Below are positions 1 through 12,500 of a DNA stretch of 64,000 bases, piece after piece. Source of the stretch: Macrostomum hystrix. Taxonomy: Eukaryota > Animalia > Platyhelminthes. The notes under the pieces were generated by a model. It saw only the letters and a program-made list of their open reading frames with translations. It was not told the origin of the DNA and ran no database searches. Where the stretch lies: the NCBI GenBank assembly GCA_950097015.1, contig CATNEN010000002.1, positions 4,030,001-4,094,000 of the forward strand, given 5' to 3'. The position numbers were made by a program, and so were the translations under genes. How positions within the stretch are numbered: the first letter of the stretch is position 1; each line of letters starts with the position of its first letter.

Positions 1-175
1 ATTAGTCATTTTTACTGGCTTTGTTAGCCCGAGCTTTGGGAAGCATAAATTATTATTTTACTCTGTTGATTGTAACGTTTCTTAAATTTTACGAATGTCA
101 ATTAATAACTTCACTCATACAGGACGAATAATAATAAAAAATTATCCCTTAACAAATTATTTTCTTCCTAACTGG

Positions 176-625
176 AAAATTATCCCCTACTGAATGATAT
201 TTTCCCAAGCAGGCAATTATTATCCCCTACTGAATATTCTCCTATTCAGGCAAATTATCCCCTACTGAATATTCTCCCAAGCAGGCAAATTATCCCCTAC
301 TGAATATTCTCCCATTCAGGCAAATTATCCCCTACTGAATATTCTCCCATTCAGGTAAATTATCCCCTACTGAATATTCTCCCATTCAGGTAAATAATCC
401 TCTACTGAATATTCTCCCATTCAGATATATTTATCCCCAACTGAATATTCTCCCATTCAGGCAAATTATCCCCTACTGAAAGATATTTTCCCAAGCAGGC
501 AAATTATCTCCTACTGAATATAATTTTCCCAAACTGGCATGCTATCCCCTAATAAATATTGTTCTCCTATACAGTTTTATTATCCCCAACAGAATAATAT
601 TCTCCCAAACAGGAAAATTATCCCA
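176..625. repeat. About 35-bp minisatellite AAATTATCCCCTACTGAATATTCTCCCATTCAGGC
   Basis: About 12 degenerate copies. Confidence 0.85.
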
Positions 626-1674
626 TCAAATTTCATATTATTTACCTAAAAAAGTAAAATCATGCCACCTAGTTAAACTTTTACGCTAAGCTGTCTAATT
701 ATCTTCTAAAATTGTTATCACCTCCTGCTGGCACACTCCCCACTGCTGCAAAATTATCCCACTAGCAGAAAAAAATCCCGTTTTTAAATCAGGTTGTTGC
801 ACAGACTCAAAGACTTCAGTCGCCGTCTAAGTTTATAGTGATTCTTGCTGCTGAATTTCATATAAAAATAGGCAAGGCTAGACGGAAAATCCCTTGGGAT
901 TACTAAGCTTATCAATTAATTGGGAAGGTTGACTTTCACTCGGAGAGGAAGAAGGAGCGAGAGGCTGGGTGGAAGTCACGTGACTCATCGGGGATAACTG
1001 CCCGCCAGACTTCGCCATGTTCTCTCCAGCGTGCACACTCACATGCGCGCTGCCTGGCTAGGGATTTAGGCGACTGGGATTTGGCCATTGCGGGGAGGAG
1101 GGGAAGGGACGGTTCTGTCCTCCGCCAGAAAATCCCGTTTGACCGAGGCTGTTCAGCTGGTTGGGACAAATGGGGAGGTTTGGGCAGTGTGAAGGGTAGT
1201 GGAGAACACACCCGCCCCCTCCGTCGCCTCTGCCGGCCTCAGAAAAAAATATTGGACAGACGAACGGCCCACCCACCCCACAGACACCCCGCCCCAATGG
1301 GCGGAGAGGCACAGCGAAAACTGCTTCTCTCCTATAAAAGAAGTAGACAAGTATGAGCTGAGAAGCAGCAGCAGCAGCTGAGTAGGTTGGTTAAGGCTAC
1401 GCTTGAGTATGTGACAGTTGTAACTGGCGTAAGAAGCTGAGGACACAGCCTAATTGAGAAGAGGAAAGCAAAAGATTTTTCGGCTTGCTGCCAGACCCAA
1501 TTGAACTTCAAGTCGTCAATTTGGGATAAGCGCAAATTTATTTTCATTATTTTAACATATTTTGTGATGCAGCCTAGACTCGTGAGCAGTCTCAGCAGCA
1601 GCAGCAGCAGCTGTGGCAGGCCCACAAACCAGGCCAAGATGGGGGGAGGGGATTAGTTATTCTATTTTATTATA

Positions 1675-1692
1675 ATGCGACGTAGTTGGGAT

Positions 1693-1725
<33 letters not shown>

Positions 1726-1758
1726 GCTACTTGCAAGCGTAGAAGAATCGTGTGTCAG
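1675..1758 (+). CDS. Candidate first coding exon of the nesprin (MRRSWDQ11ATCKRRRIVCQ)
   Basis: ATG at 1675 with A at -3; in-frame TAG at 1654; donor CAG|GTAAAA at 1759; phase 0 matches the acceptor at 3080. Confidence 0.45.
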
Positions 1759-1928
1759 GTAAAACCTTGCCTTTTAAATGTTTCAAATAGAGAAATGTGA
1801 AATAGCCTTGGCTACAATTCATGAAAAGCTTAACGAAAATAGCGGTCTAATTATTTACCTAGACCTCGAGCCAGTCCGATACATGTGTCCATCCGGTTAT
1901 AACTTTGCTACCTAATTAACCGCATGCC

Positions 1929-1942
1929 GTTGCTATGGCAAC
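1929..1942. promoter_or_regulatory. RFX X-box
   Basis: GTTGCTATGGCAAC fits the RFX/DAF-19 consensus RTHNYY-WT-RRNRAC. Confidence 0.5.
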
Positions 1943-2330
1943 CCACATGCAACTCACTGTCCTCAAAGAGTGAGGTCAGTCGGCTCCATTCCGATCCAAG
2001 TGTTTTTTTTTCAATTAGAAAACCGATCTGTCTTTATGTCGCATTTTTGTGTCCATCTGGGGGGCGCACGTGCTCAGCATTTTAGGGGAGGTCTGTTTTT
2101 TTGGCTGAACAGTTATATTAATTACATTTATTGTGTGCTCAATGCTTCTCCGTTTTAGAAAAAATTATTAATCATATAAAAGTAGAATAGCTCGTTTTAA
2201 TGATAAGGAGACAGGCCTGATTCAACTTTAGAGAATGAAATCTAAAAAATGCTTATTTAACTTTTTTATTTCATTTCTTGCGATCTTTCTGCGAGTTTGA
2301 TTTAAAAGCAGTTTTTCCTTATTAAATGTC

Positions 2331-3060
2331 AATCTGATCTGGTGGGATTTTAATCTGATCTGATGGGATTTTAATCTGATCTGATGGGATTCAATCTGAT
2401 CGGATGGGATTTCAGTCTGATCGGATGGGATTTCAATCTGATCTGATGGGATTTCAATCTGATCTGATGGGATTTCAATCTGATCTGATGGGAATTCAAT
2501 CTGATCGGATGGGGTTCAATCTGATCTGATGGGATTTCAATCTGATCTGATGGGATTTCAATCTGATCTGATGGGATTTCAATCTGATCTGATGGGGTTC
2601 AATCTGATCTGATGGGATTTCAATCTGATCTGATGGGATTTCAATCTGATCTGATGGGATTTCAATCTGATCTGATGGGATTTGAATCTGATCTGATGGG
2701 ATTTCAATCTGATCTGATGGGATTTCAATCTGATCGGATGGGATTTCAATCTGATCTGATGGGATTTGAATCTGATCTGATGGGATTTCAATCTGATCTG
2801 ATGGGATTTCAATCTGATCTGATGGGATTTCTGTCTGATCTGATGGGATTTCAATCTGATCTGATGGGATTTCAGTCTGATCTGATGGGATTTGAGTCTG
2901 ATCTGATGGGATTTAATATGATCTGATGGGATTTAAATCTGATCTGAGGGATTCAATCTGATCTGATGGGATTTCAGTCTGATCTGATGGGATTTCAATC
3001 TGATCTGATGGGATTTCAATCTGATCTGATGGGATTTAAATCTGATCTGATGGGATTTCA
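2331..3060. repeat. 21-bp minisatellite ATCTGATCTGATGGGATTTCA
   Basis: About 35 copies, ending 19 nt before the acceptor at 3079. Confidence 0.95.
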
Positions 3061-3079
3061 ATGGGTTCTTTGTCTTCAG

Positions 3080-3577
3080 ATTGATTACAAATCACTGCTA
3101 TCGATTCTCCCAAAATCACCGCAGCGGGTGGTTCGCAGCGTCACAGAGACCCTCGAGGTCACGGAGCGCAGATGGCGCGACTCGGCCTCCGCGTCCGCCT
3201 CTGTGTCCGCTTCGCACGACGACTCGGTCGAGTCCCTGCTTAGAGAGGCCGAATCTCTCAAGACCAGCCTGGACAATCTTCGAGCTGCCGGAGATTCGCT
3301 TCAACGACGCTGCAATCAGTCGAGTCGTCGGCGACTCTCTGAGCAGGCCGACGAACTGTTGACTAGATTCGCCGATCTGCAGTCGGCGATGGGTCGCCGG
3401 CGAGCCCAGCTGTATCGCGAGGCTGGCGGCCTCGGTGATCTGCGGGAGAGACGACGCTCGCTGGATGAAGCTCTGCGCGGAGCCGCGGCGGCAACTGGAG
3501 TTGAAGCGCAGATTGACTCGTCGGAGTTCAGACGATTCACTAGCCGGGAGTTGGCTGATCGAGCTCGCCAACTGCAG
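3080..3577 (+). CDS. SYNE1: nesprin exon (IDYKSLL...ARQLQ)
   Basis: ttgtcttcag acceptor, CAG|gtaggt donor, helical coiled-coil translation. Confidence 0.85.
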
Positions 3578-6500
3578 GTAGGTTTCTAACTTTTTTCGCT
3601 AGAAAAAAAGATTTGTTAAAGTGAAATTATTATTTTTAATTGCAGTTGAAGTACTTTAAGTTCGCGTGTACTTTAAGAGTGCGCACGTACTCGAGAACAC
3701 TCAAGAAAGTTCGCGTGTACCCTAGCAGTGCGCCTGTACTCCAGAAAAGTTTCAAAGCTCGCGTGTACCTTAGGAGCGCGCGTGTACTTTTTAACCGCTT
3801 AGAATGAATCATGTATTTGATTTTTTAGCTTAATATGCGTATATATTTTTTCAATTTCATTCTATAGTCTAGCAATCCTGCCATATCGCAAGATTTGGCC
3901 AACGAAACTGAGGTAAGCAGATAAACTTCTTGGTAATATTACCTTCTATGTATTCACTATACTTTCTAAGGCAAACTGGTTATGTTTTGTTTTGCACACT
4001 AATTAGTAAGCACTATTGATTTGCTTTTCTGTTGTAATGCATGCCCATTTTTTTACCTGTCTCTTTTGTTCAAAGCAAGAAACTTAGGGCCTTTTTACGT
4101 TACATATTTTGTCTGGCTGTTTGAATAAATTTGCATGCATTATATTTGAGTTTTAGGTACTAATATACTACTGTTAACTATAGTCTGACAATAGCACAAA
4201 TAAGGCCAGTAAAGACTAGTTGATAGGTCGATGATTAATAATAATAATAATTGCAGGAGGGCTGCGGGCAGTGGCACATCATTTGGTGACACTAGACCCG
4301 CAGCTAGCGAGTAGGCAATTCTGCCCATTTCGCTGACTCCTGAGCACACACGCACATAGATACTGTACGCAGGCATACGCTCACACAGGTGTGTACATCT
4401 GCCCTGACTTTCTCATCGTCAGGCAGTGTACACCCTCACTGTGCCTTGGAGGTTGGCCCTGAAGGGCGTAAATTGCACGACAAGCCCCCAAGCCTTCTCT
4501 CCGCGGCTGCGCCCCAAATGAATGTGGCCTCGCCGTGGAATCGAACTTAGGGACCGTGGTGCGAGAGGCAAACGCGTTAGACCGCTCTGCCACCGACCCC
4601 CGTGGTCGATGGTTAGATTAAGAAGTAAGAAAATTACTTACAGAAACATATCAGGTTTTATATAGACCCCGTCAAATCTCATTGGTGAGATCTGTGACCC
4701 GTCGAATCTCAATTGTAAGGTTGAAAGCAATGGATGATTGTCTAGCTTACTTTCAGTTGCATTTTATCCACGACACCACCCATGAGAAAACGTATAGCAA
4801 TGTCTCCTCGCCGACATCGATCATTTTACACCTGCCAACGGGAAGCATTTTTTTAGTCGCCATGGCAACGTGCTATGCAAATTTATTGTTGCAAATTATT
4901 TTTAGAAGCTCCGCTGCATGCCTAGTGTCGGGTTGGCCGGCAGAACATACTCGCCTTTTCAATATATTTATAATATGGTCAATATCTGCACTGTTAGTTC
5001 AATAAAAGTACATGTTGCTACACGCGCAGTTTGCATTAGATTTTCGTTGTGCATGTGCATTGATAAACTATTAGATTGACAATTTACAAGCGTACTTCCT
5101 GCCACCTAGCGGTTGGCCATTCTGCTCACCTTGGCCCTACCTCTGTCAATTTTCTTAGAATTCTAAACAGCAGCTTCAATCAGCCGAGCTGAAACTGGCT
5201 GAGTACCGCGAGCAGGCTCAGCTGTTCCTTCGCACTAGCACCGACGCTGCGGCCATGTCCGAGGTTGAGCTCAGCGCTGCTCAGGTTGAGAAGCAGTTTG
5301 TTGAGTAAGTTTCAGATTGATTTGGCCGGAAAGTGTACTCATTCAGTAACTGACACACAATGCCTAAATTCTGACTCGTGAGAAAGTAACCCTAGTGCCA
5401 TTTGTTTGTGAATATCGAACTCCCAACCCAGAACATAGGCTCATTTTTCTATTATATTTTTTAAGCTCTCCGTTTGATTACTTACCTACCGCTCCTACTA
5501 CCAGCTGGCTGTCGGTTTGTTGGTTCCCACAATGGGTAAACACAGAAAGTTTTTGCTCATAGTTTTGTTCTAACTGTCGTTTTCTTTTGAAAAAAGCGAC
5601 GAAAAGAGCTTATCATACTACTGCAGATAGATATTTAGCAATTACACATAACCCTGTTGGGCCAGACATAATAAAGCTGTGTACAACCGTTCAGTCCATG
5701 GACTGGAGAGGGAATCAGCTACATTCTAGTTTCTACACCAGCTAATGCTCGTACCCATATTACAGCCAGGTTAACCCAAATCCAGAGAACTCAAACTTCT
5801 CAATTAGGTGTCTTAGGCACGAATTCTGAAGCTCGGATTCTAAATTTAAGCTTTCGCAACCCCTTTTAATTAACCAGCACGCGGCACAGCCTAGACCAGT
5901 CACAGGCGTCCCTTGACTCCGAGCTGGAGTACCGTCAGGATCTGACTGCTCGCCTGGACAGCCTCAGCGCCGGCCTGCGGGACGAGCGCTTCGGTTTGGG
6001 CCAAGCTCGAGCTGCGGTGGCCGCTGCCGGCCTCGATGACAAGCCAGCAGAGGCGCTGGCCGCTCGTTGCGCCCTGGCCCGCCAGGAGGTTCTAGTTCAA
6101 CGACGCAGAATAACGGAGATCTTCGAGGAGGTCAGTGTGCGCTATCCGGGCCGGCGAGAAGAAGCGACGCCGCCTGAGCTGCGCGATCGGCTTGGCCGAC
6201 TGACATCGCAGCTTTTCGATCTGGAGGCTGAGGTGGACGCAGCCACCTCAGATGCGGAAGGCGCTCAGCAGGCGCCCCTGGTGCTAGACGAAGTCGCCGC
6301 TTTCAAACGGAAGCCCCAACTCACAATACAGACTCAGCAGCGAGACTCAACTGATGAGGGCGACGGCGAGTTGGACGAACCACCGAACATTGAGGTGACG
6401 CTAACTCTTGAACGGCGTCGCGAGAGTCCGAAGAGTCCGCGAAAAATGCCTCGACAATTCTCACCATCAACACCGTCCGGTACGCTGAGGACTCCGCCAC

Positions 6501-9500
6501 CGGCGTCGTCGCGATTCGACGCGGTTGATTTGCGGCCTCTACCGTCGTCCGGTTCCCCCACACGATCCGGAAAACCGACAATTCTGGTCGAGGAATCTCA
6601 GTCGAAACTTTATGAAATTACTGACGATGATTCGACGCCACACAAGCGCTCTGTAAATAGCACCGCCACCCAAGACAGCAGCGGCTCGGTTCCGACACAG
6701 AAGCGTCTGCCCAGTCTTGAAGAGCTGCCCTTTGAGCAGATAGAAGATGCGGCTGCTGCTACTACCAAGAAGAGTGTTGTGAGAAGTGAACCATCTCCAG
6801 ACAGATCAGTGCTGAGCGATGACGCGTCACTAGCAAAGTCGATTCCGAGCGCTGAAGCATCTCCAGCAAGATCAGTGCCAAGCGCTGAAGCATCTCCAGC
6901 AAGATCAGTGCCAAGCGCTGAAGCATCTCCAGCCAAGTCTATTGCAAGCGCTGAAGCATCTCCAGCCAAGTCTATTGCAAGCGCTGACGCGTCTCCAGCC
7001 AAGTCTATTGCAAGCGCTGATGCGTCTCCAGCCAAGTCGATTGCAAGCGCTGATGCGTCTCCAGCCAAGTCTATTGCAAGCGCTGATGCGTCTCCAGCCA
7101 AGTCTATTGCAAGCGCTGAAGCATCTCCAGCCAAGTCGATTGCAAGCGCTGAAGCATCTCCAGCCAAGTCTATTGCAAGCGCTGATGCGTCTCCAGCCAA
7201 GTCTATTGCAAGCGCTGAAGCATCTCCAGCCAAGTCGATTGCAAGCGCTGAAGCATCTCCAGCCAAGTCGATTGCAAGCGCTGAAGCATCTCCAGCCAAG
7301 TCGATTGCAAGCGCTGATGCGTCTCCAGCCAAGTCTATTGCAAGCGCTGATGCGTCTCCAGCCAAGTCGATTGCAAGCGCTGATGCGTCTCCAGCCAAGT
7401 CTATTGCAAGCGCTGAAGCATCTCCAGCCAAGTCGATTGCAAGCGCTGAAGCATCTCCAGCCAAGTCTATTGCAAGCGCTGATGCATCTCCAGCCAAGTC
7501 GATTGCAAGCGCTGAAGCATCTCCAGCCAAGTCGATTGCAAGCGCTGAAGCATCTCCAGCCAAGTCTATTGCAAGCGCTGAAGCATCTCCAGCCAAGTCT
7601 ATTGCAAGCGCTGATGCGTCTCCAGCCAAGTCAATTGCAAGCGCTGATGCGTCTCCAGCCAAGTCTATTGCAAGCGCTGAAGCATCTCCAGCCAAGTCGA
7701 TTGCAAGCGCTGAAGCATCTCCAGCCAAGTCTATTGCAAGCGCTGATGCATCTCCAGCCAAGTCGATTGCAAGCGCTGAAGCATCTCCAGCCAAGTCGAT
7801 TGCAAGCGCTGAAGCATCTCCAGCCAAGTCTATTGCAAGCGCTGAAGCATCTCCAGCCAAGTCTATTGCAAGCGCTGATGCGTCTCCAGCCAAGTCAATT
7901 GCAAGCGCTGATGCGTCTCCAGCCAAGTCTATTGCAAGCGCTGATGCGTCTCCAGCCAAGTCTATTGCAAGCGCTGATGCGTCTCCAGCCAAGTCAATTG
8001 CAAGCGCTGAAGCATCTCCAGCCAAGTCTATTGCAAGCGCTGAAGCATCTCCAGCCAAGTCTATTGCAAGCGCTGAAGCATCTCCAGCCAAGTCTATTGC
8101 AAGCGCTGAAGCATCTCCAGCCAAGTCGATTGCAAGCGCTGAAGCATCTCCAGCCAAGTCGATTGCAAGCGCTGAAGCATCTCCAGCCAAGTCGATTGCA
8201 AGCGCTGAAGCATTGGCTAGAATCGCACCAGATGATGACTCTGCCATCGCTCTGGGTTCAGAGCGACCGTCAGAGAAAAAAAGCGTGGAGTTTCCTGATT
8301 TCGATGAGTTCATCAGGAGAAGAAATGCTGCTAAGTTGCATAGCTCAGCAGTTTCGTTCACAGAAAGCGGCGAAACCTCACCAGCTAATGTGGTTGAAAC
8401 CTCATCATTAGAAGATGAGATTGCAAACAGACAACCAGATGCTTTTCCAGCAAAGCCTGTCAAATCCTACTCATCAGAGAGTTTTGAAGCTTCTTCAGTG
8501 CTGAGCACTCAAACTTCTCCAGCAAAGAGCGCTGAGTCTTCTCCAGCAAAGAGCGCTGAGTCTTCTCCAGCAAAGAGCGCTGAGTCTTCTCCAGCAAAGA
8601 GTGCTGAGGCTTCTCCAGCAAAGAGCGCTGAGTCTTCTCCAGCAAAGAGTGCTGAGGCTTCTCCAGCAAAGAGCGCTGAGTCTTCTCCAGCAAAGAGTGC
8701 TGAGTCTTCTCCAGCAAAGAGCGCTGAGTCTTCTCCAGCAAAGAGCGCAGAGTCTTCTCCAGCAAAGAGTGCTGAGGCTTCTCCAGCAAAGAGTGCTGAG
8801 TCTTCTCCAGCAAAGAGTGCTGAGGCTTCTCCAGCAAAGAGTGCAGAGGCTTCTCCAGCAAAGAGTGCAGAGTCTTCTCCAGCAAAGAGCGCTGAGTCTT
8901 CTCCAGCAAAGAGCGCTGAGGCTTCTCCAGCAAAGAGCGCTGAGTCTTCTCCAGCAAAGAGCGCTGAGTCTTCTCCAGCAAAGAGTGCAGAGTCTTCTCC
9001 AGCAAAGAGTGCTGAGGCTTCTCCAGCAAAGAGTGCTGAGGCTTCTCCAGCAAAGAGCGCTGAGTCTTCTCCAGCAAAGAGTAATGAGGCTTCTCCAGCA
9101 AAGAGCGCTGAGTCTTCTCCAGCAAAGAGTAATGAGGCTTCTCCAGCAAAGAGTAATGAGGCTTCTCCAGCAAATAGTGCTGAGGCTTCTCTAGCAAAGA
9201 GTAATGAGTCTTCTCCAGCAAAGAGTGCAGTGGCTTCTCCAGCAAAGAGCGCAGAGGCTTCTCCAGCAAAGAGCGCAGAGGCTTCTCCAGCAAAGAGCGC
9301 TGAGGCTTCTCCAGCAAAGAGTGCTGAGGCTTCTCCAGCAAAGAGTGCTGAGGCTTCTCCAGCAAAGAGTGCTGAGTCTTCTCCAGCAAAGAGCGCTGAG
9401 TCTTCTCCAGCAAAGAGCGTTGAGTCTTCTCCAGCAAAGAGCGTTGAAACGTTGCCATCCACTACTGAAAAATTGTCAACCATGGAGGACACCAACGGTC

Positions 9501-12500
9501 ATCTGGACGCAGATGCATTAAAAAATCGAGCATTGACGCTTCCGGACGTCGATGAACTGTTGGCACGAAGAGCTGCTGCACAGATTTCGTTTTCAAGCGC
9601 GCGAACGCTTAGTTCAGATGATGATAATGCTAATGATGCTACGCCCAAGAGTGGTGCTAAAGATGTTGCTCAATCGACGCAAGACGCCACACCATCGCTA
9701 TTCGAGAGTACCAGCGTCTCTCCAGCTAAACAAGCAGAAGAAGCGGAAGCAACAGATAAAACTATTGATGATAATGCTTTTAGTACAGATTTATCACCAA
9801 CCAAATCTTTTTCGAGCATAGAAGCCGCACCAGCCGAAGGAGAAATACCGAATGATGAAGTGTCCTTGGCCGAACGAGCACCGGGTTTTGAAGCGTCTTC
9901 AGTCAGATCAGTGCCGAGCCCTGAGGCGTCTCCAGCTAAATCTTTTGCAAGCGCTGAAGCGTCTACAGCCAAGTCCATCCCGAGCATTGAGGCGTCGCCA
10001 ACCAAATCAGTCCCGAGCGCTGAAGCTTCTTCAGCAAAGTCGATTGCGAGCGCTGAAGCATCTCCAGCTAAATCGATCCCGAGCGCTGAAGCGTCTCCAG
10101 CAAAGTCGATTGCGAGCGCTGAAGCATCTCCAGCAAAATCGATCCCGAGCGCTGAAGCGTCTCCAGCAAAGTCGATTGCGAGCGCTGAAGCTTCTCCAGC
10201 TAAATCGATCCCGAGCGCTGAAGCGTCTCCAGCAAAGTCGATTGCGAGCGCTGAAGCATCTCCAGCTAAATCGATCCCGAGCGCTGAAGCGTCTCCAGCA
10301 AAGTCGATTGCGAGCGCTGAAGCTTCTCCAGCTAAATCGATCCCGAGCGCTGAAGCGTCTCCAGCAAAGTCGATTGCGAGCGCTGAAGCATCTCCAGCTA
10401 AATCGATCCCGAGCGCTGAAGCGTCTCCAGCAAAATCGATCCCGAGCGCTGAAGCGTCTCCAGCTAAATCGATCCCGAGCGCTGAAGCGTCTCCAGCAAA
10501 GTCGATTGCGAGCGCTGAAGCATCTCCAGCTAAATCGATCCCGAGCGCTGAAGCGTCTCCAGCAAAATCGATCCCGAGCGCTGAAGCATCTCCAGCTAAA
10601 TCGATCCCGAGCGCTGAAGCGTCTCCAGCAAAGTCGATTGCGAGCGCTGAAGCGGTTCCATCTAGAGAGGACGTCCAAATTGATGAATCATTTTCGACAC
10701 CACTGGTGCCCATCGACAAAGAGTCAGCATCTCTAGCCAAATCGATACCGAGTGCTGAAGCGGTTCTATCTAGAGAGGACATCCAAATTGATGAGTCATT
10801 TTCGGCACCACTGGTGCCCGTCGACAAAGAGTCTTCATTGAGATCAGTGTCCAGCGTTGCAGCTTCACCGGCAAAAGAAGGGGTCCTAATCAAAGAAGAG
10901 TTTTCATTGAAGAGTTTGCCGGCTGCCGAATCTTCACCTCCCAGTGATGTTACGACTGCTCCGAAAGCATTTGAAAGCGCAGATGCATCAGCAAACAGAG
11001 AGGGACTTACTTTTAATGAGTCGATTTTAACAAAACGTATTCCTAGTGCTGAAGCATCTCCAGCCAGCAGTACTCCAAGCATTAACTTGTCTCCAGCTAC
11101 ATCAGTTCCCAGCTTGGACCTTTCACCTACAAGAGTCATGCCAGCTGTGGAAGCATCTCCAACCAGAGAGATTTCGAGCTTCGAAGCATCGCCAGTCAGA
11201 GATGTCCTGAGTATAGAAATCTCACCAACTAAAGAAGCGCTCAGTACTGAACTTTCTCCGACAGAATCTGTGCCGAGTTTTGAAGCCTCACCTGCAACAG
11301 ATATGCCGAGCGTTGAAGCTTCACCAACCAGAAACGTACCGAGTGCTGAAGCCTCACCAACCAGGAATGTATCGAGTGCTGAAGCCTCACCAACCAGGAA
11401 TGTATCGAGTGCTGAAGCCTCACCAACCAGGAATGTATCGAGTGCTGAACCCTCACCAACCAGGAACGTACCGAGTGCTGAAGCCTCACCAACCAGGAAC
11501 GTACCGAGTGCTGAAGCCTCACCAACCAGGAACGTACCGAGTGCTGAAGCCTCACCAACCAGGAACGTACCGAGTGCTGAAGCCTCACCAACCAGAAACG
11601 TACCGAGTGCTGAAGCCTCACCAACCAGGAACGTACCGAGTGCTGAAGCTTCACCAACAGATGTTCTACCTACTGATCCGTCCCAAGCGACCACTTTCCC
11701 CAGTGTGGAAGCATTTTCAGCCAAATCAGTTCCAAGCGCTGAAGCTTCTCCAGCTAGAAGTTTTATGAGTGCTGAAGCTTCACTAGCCAGAGAGGCTGCC
11801 AGTGCTGAAGCCTCTCCGGTAAGAAGCGTTGAAGGATCGCCCGGCAGAGAAACGCCTCAATCCGAATCTGTGCCGGCCAGTTGGGCAAGCGAGTCACCAA
11901 GCAAGAAGCTGCCCTACGCGACAGACATAGACGACTTAGCAGCCCTGAAGGGAGGTCGCGGTCGCGGCAGCGGCGCCTCAAGCCGCGCTGGAGTCGCCAC
12001 TAGCGGATCCGCCACCGAAGGTCGCGAGTTGACGGAGGCCGACCTGCTTCAGAAAGCCGAACTGGCGCACAATGTTAAAACTCTGCGTAGCGAACTAGAA
12101 GCGTTGCGCTCAGCTGGCACCATCGCCGAGTCGGATCCGGAGTATCGCCGACTGTCCAGCGAATTGGCTCAGCTCGAGTCTAGTAGTCAGGCTCAGGTAC
12201 GTGTTTCGTCTCACACTGCTTATGTTTTTGTATTAGTTAGCATCAAAGATATTTGCACTGGTGCCAGTTTAGCATATTTATTTCTGCTTTGGTAATTTTT
12301 ATTGAAGAAAAAATTGACAGCGAGCATAAAAAACTCAGCCGGCGTCCAACCACGTGTGTTTTTAGTAATATGATGAATGGAATAAACAAGTCCTTTCCCT
12401 GTTCATATCCCAACGTTACATTTTACTTTTTTTAATAAGATCTATCTTGGCGACAGTAGGGCAGTGATTCAGTGATATTGTTTGCCTGTACTCCGTCTAC

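Noticed and set aside
936-1637. Short overlapping ORFs of 60-100 aa
   Set aside because: No recognisable domains or splice linkage; the region looks like promoter/5' UTR with (CAG)n tracts
2579-3060. (MGFQSDL)n N-terminal extension of ORF 2966..3589
   Set aside because: It is the 21-bp intronic satellite read in frame; the true exon begins at the acceptor at 3079/3080
5099-5112. CTCF-like motif CTGCCACCTAGCGG (partial copy at 663)
   Set aside because: A single short match; such motifs are common in transposon remnants, and CTCF is reported absent from flatworms, the suspected source
6610-11724. Minus-strand and alternative-frame ORFs (ALAIDLAGDAS, ALFAGEDS, LQPSLLQALKH)
   Set aside because: Shadows of the coding tandem repeats; only the plus frame of 5996..12295 joins flanking exons in phase
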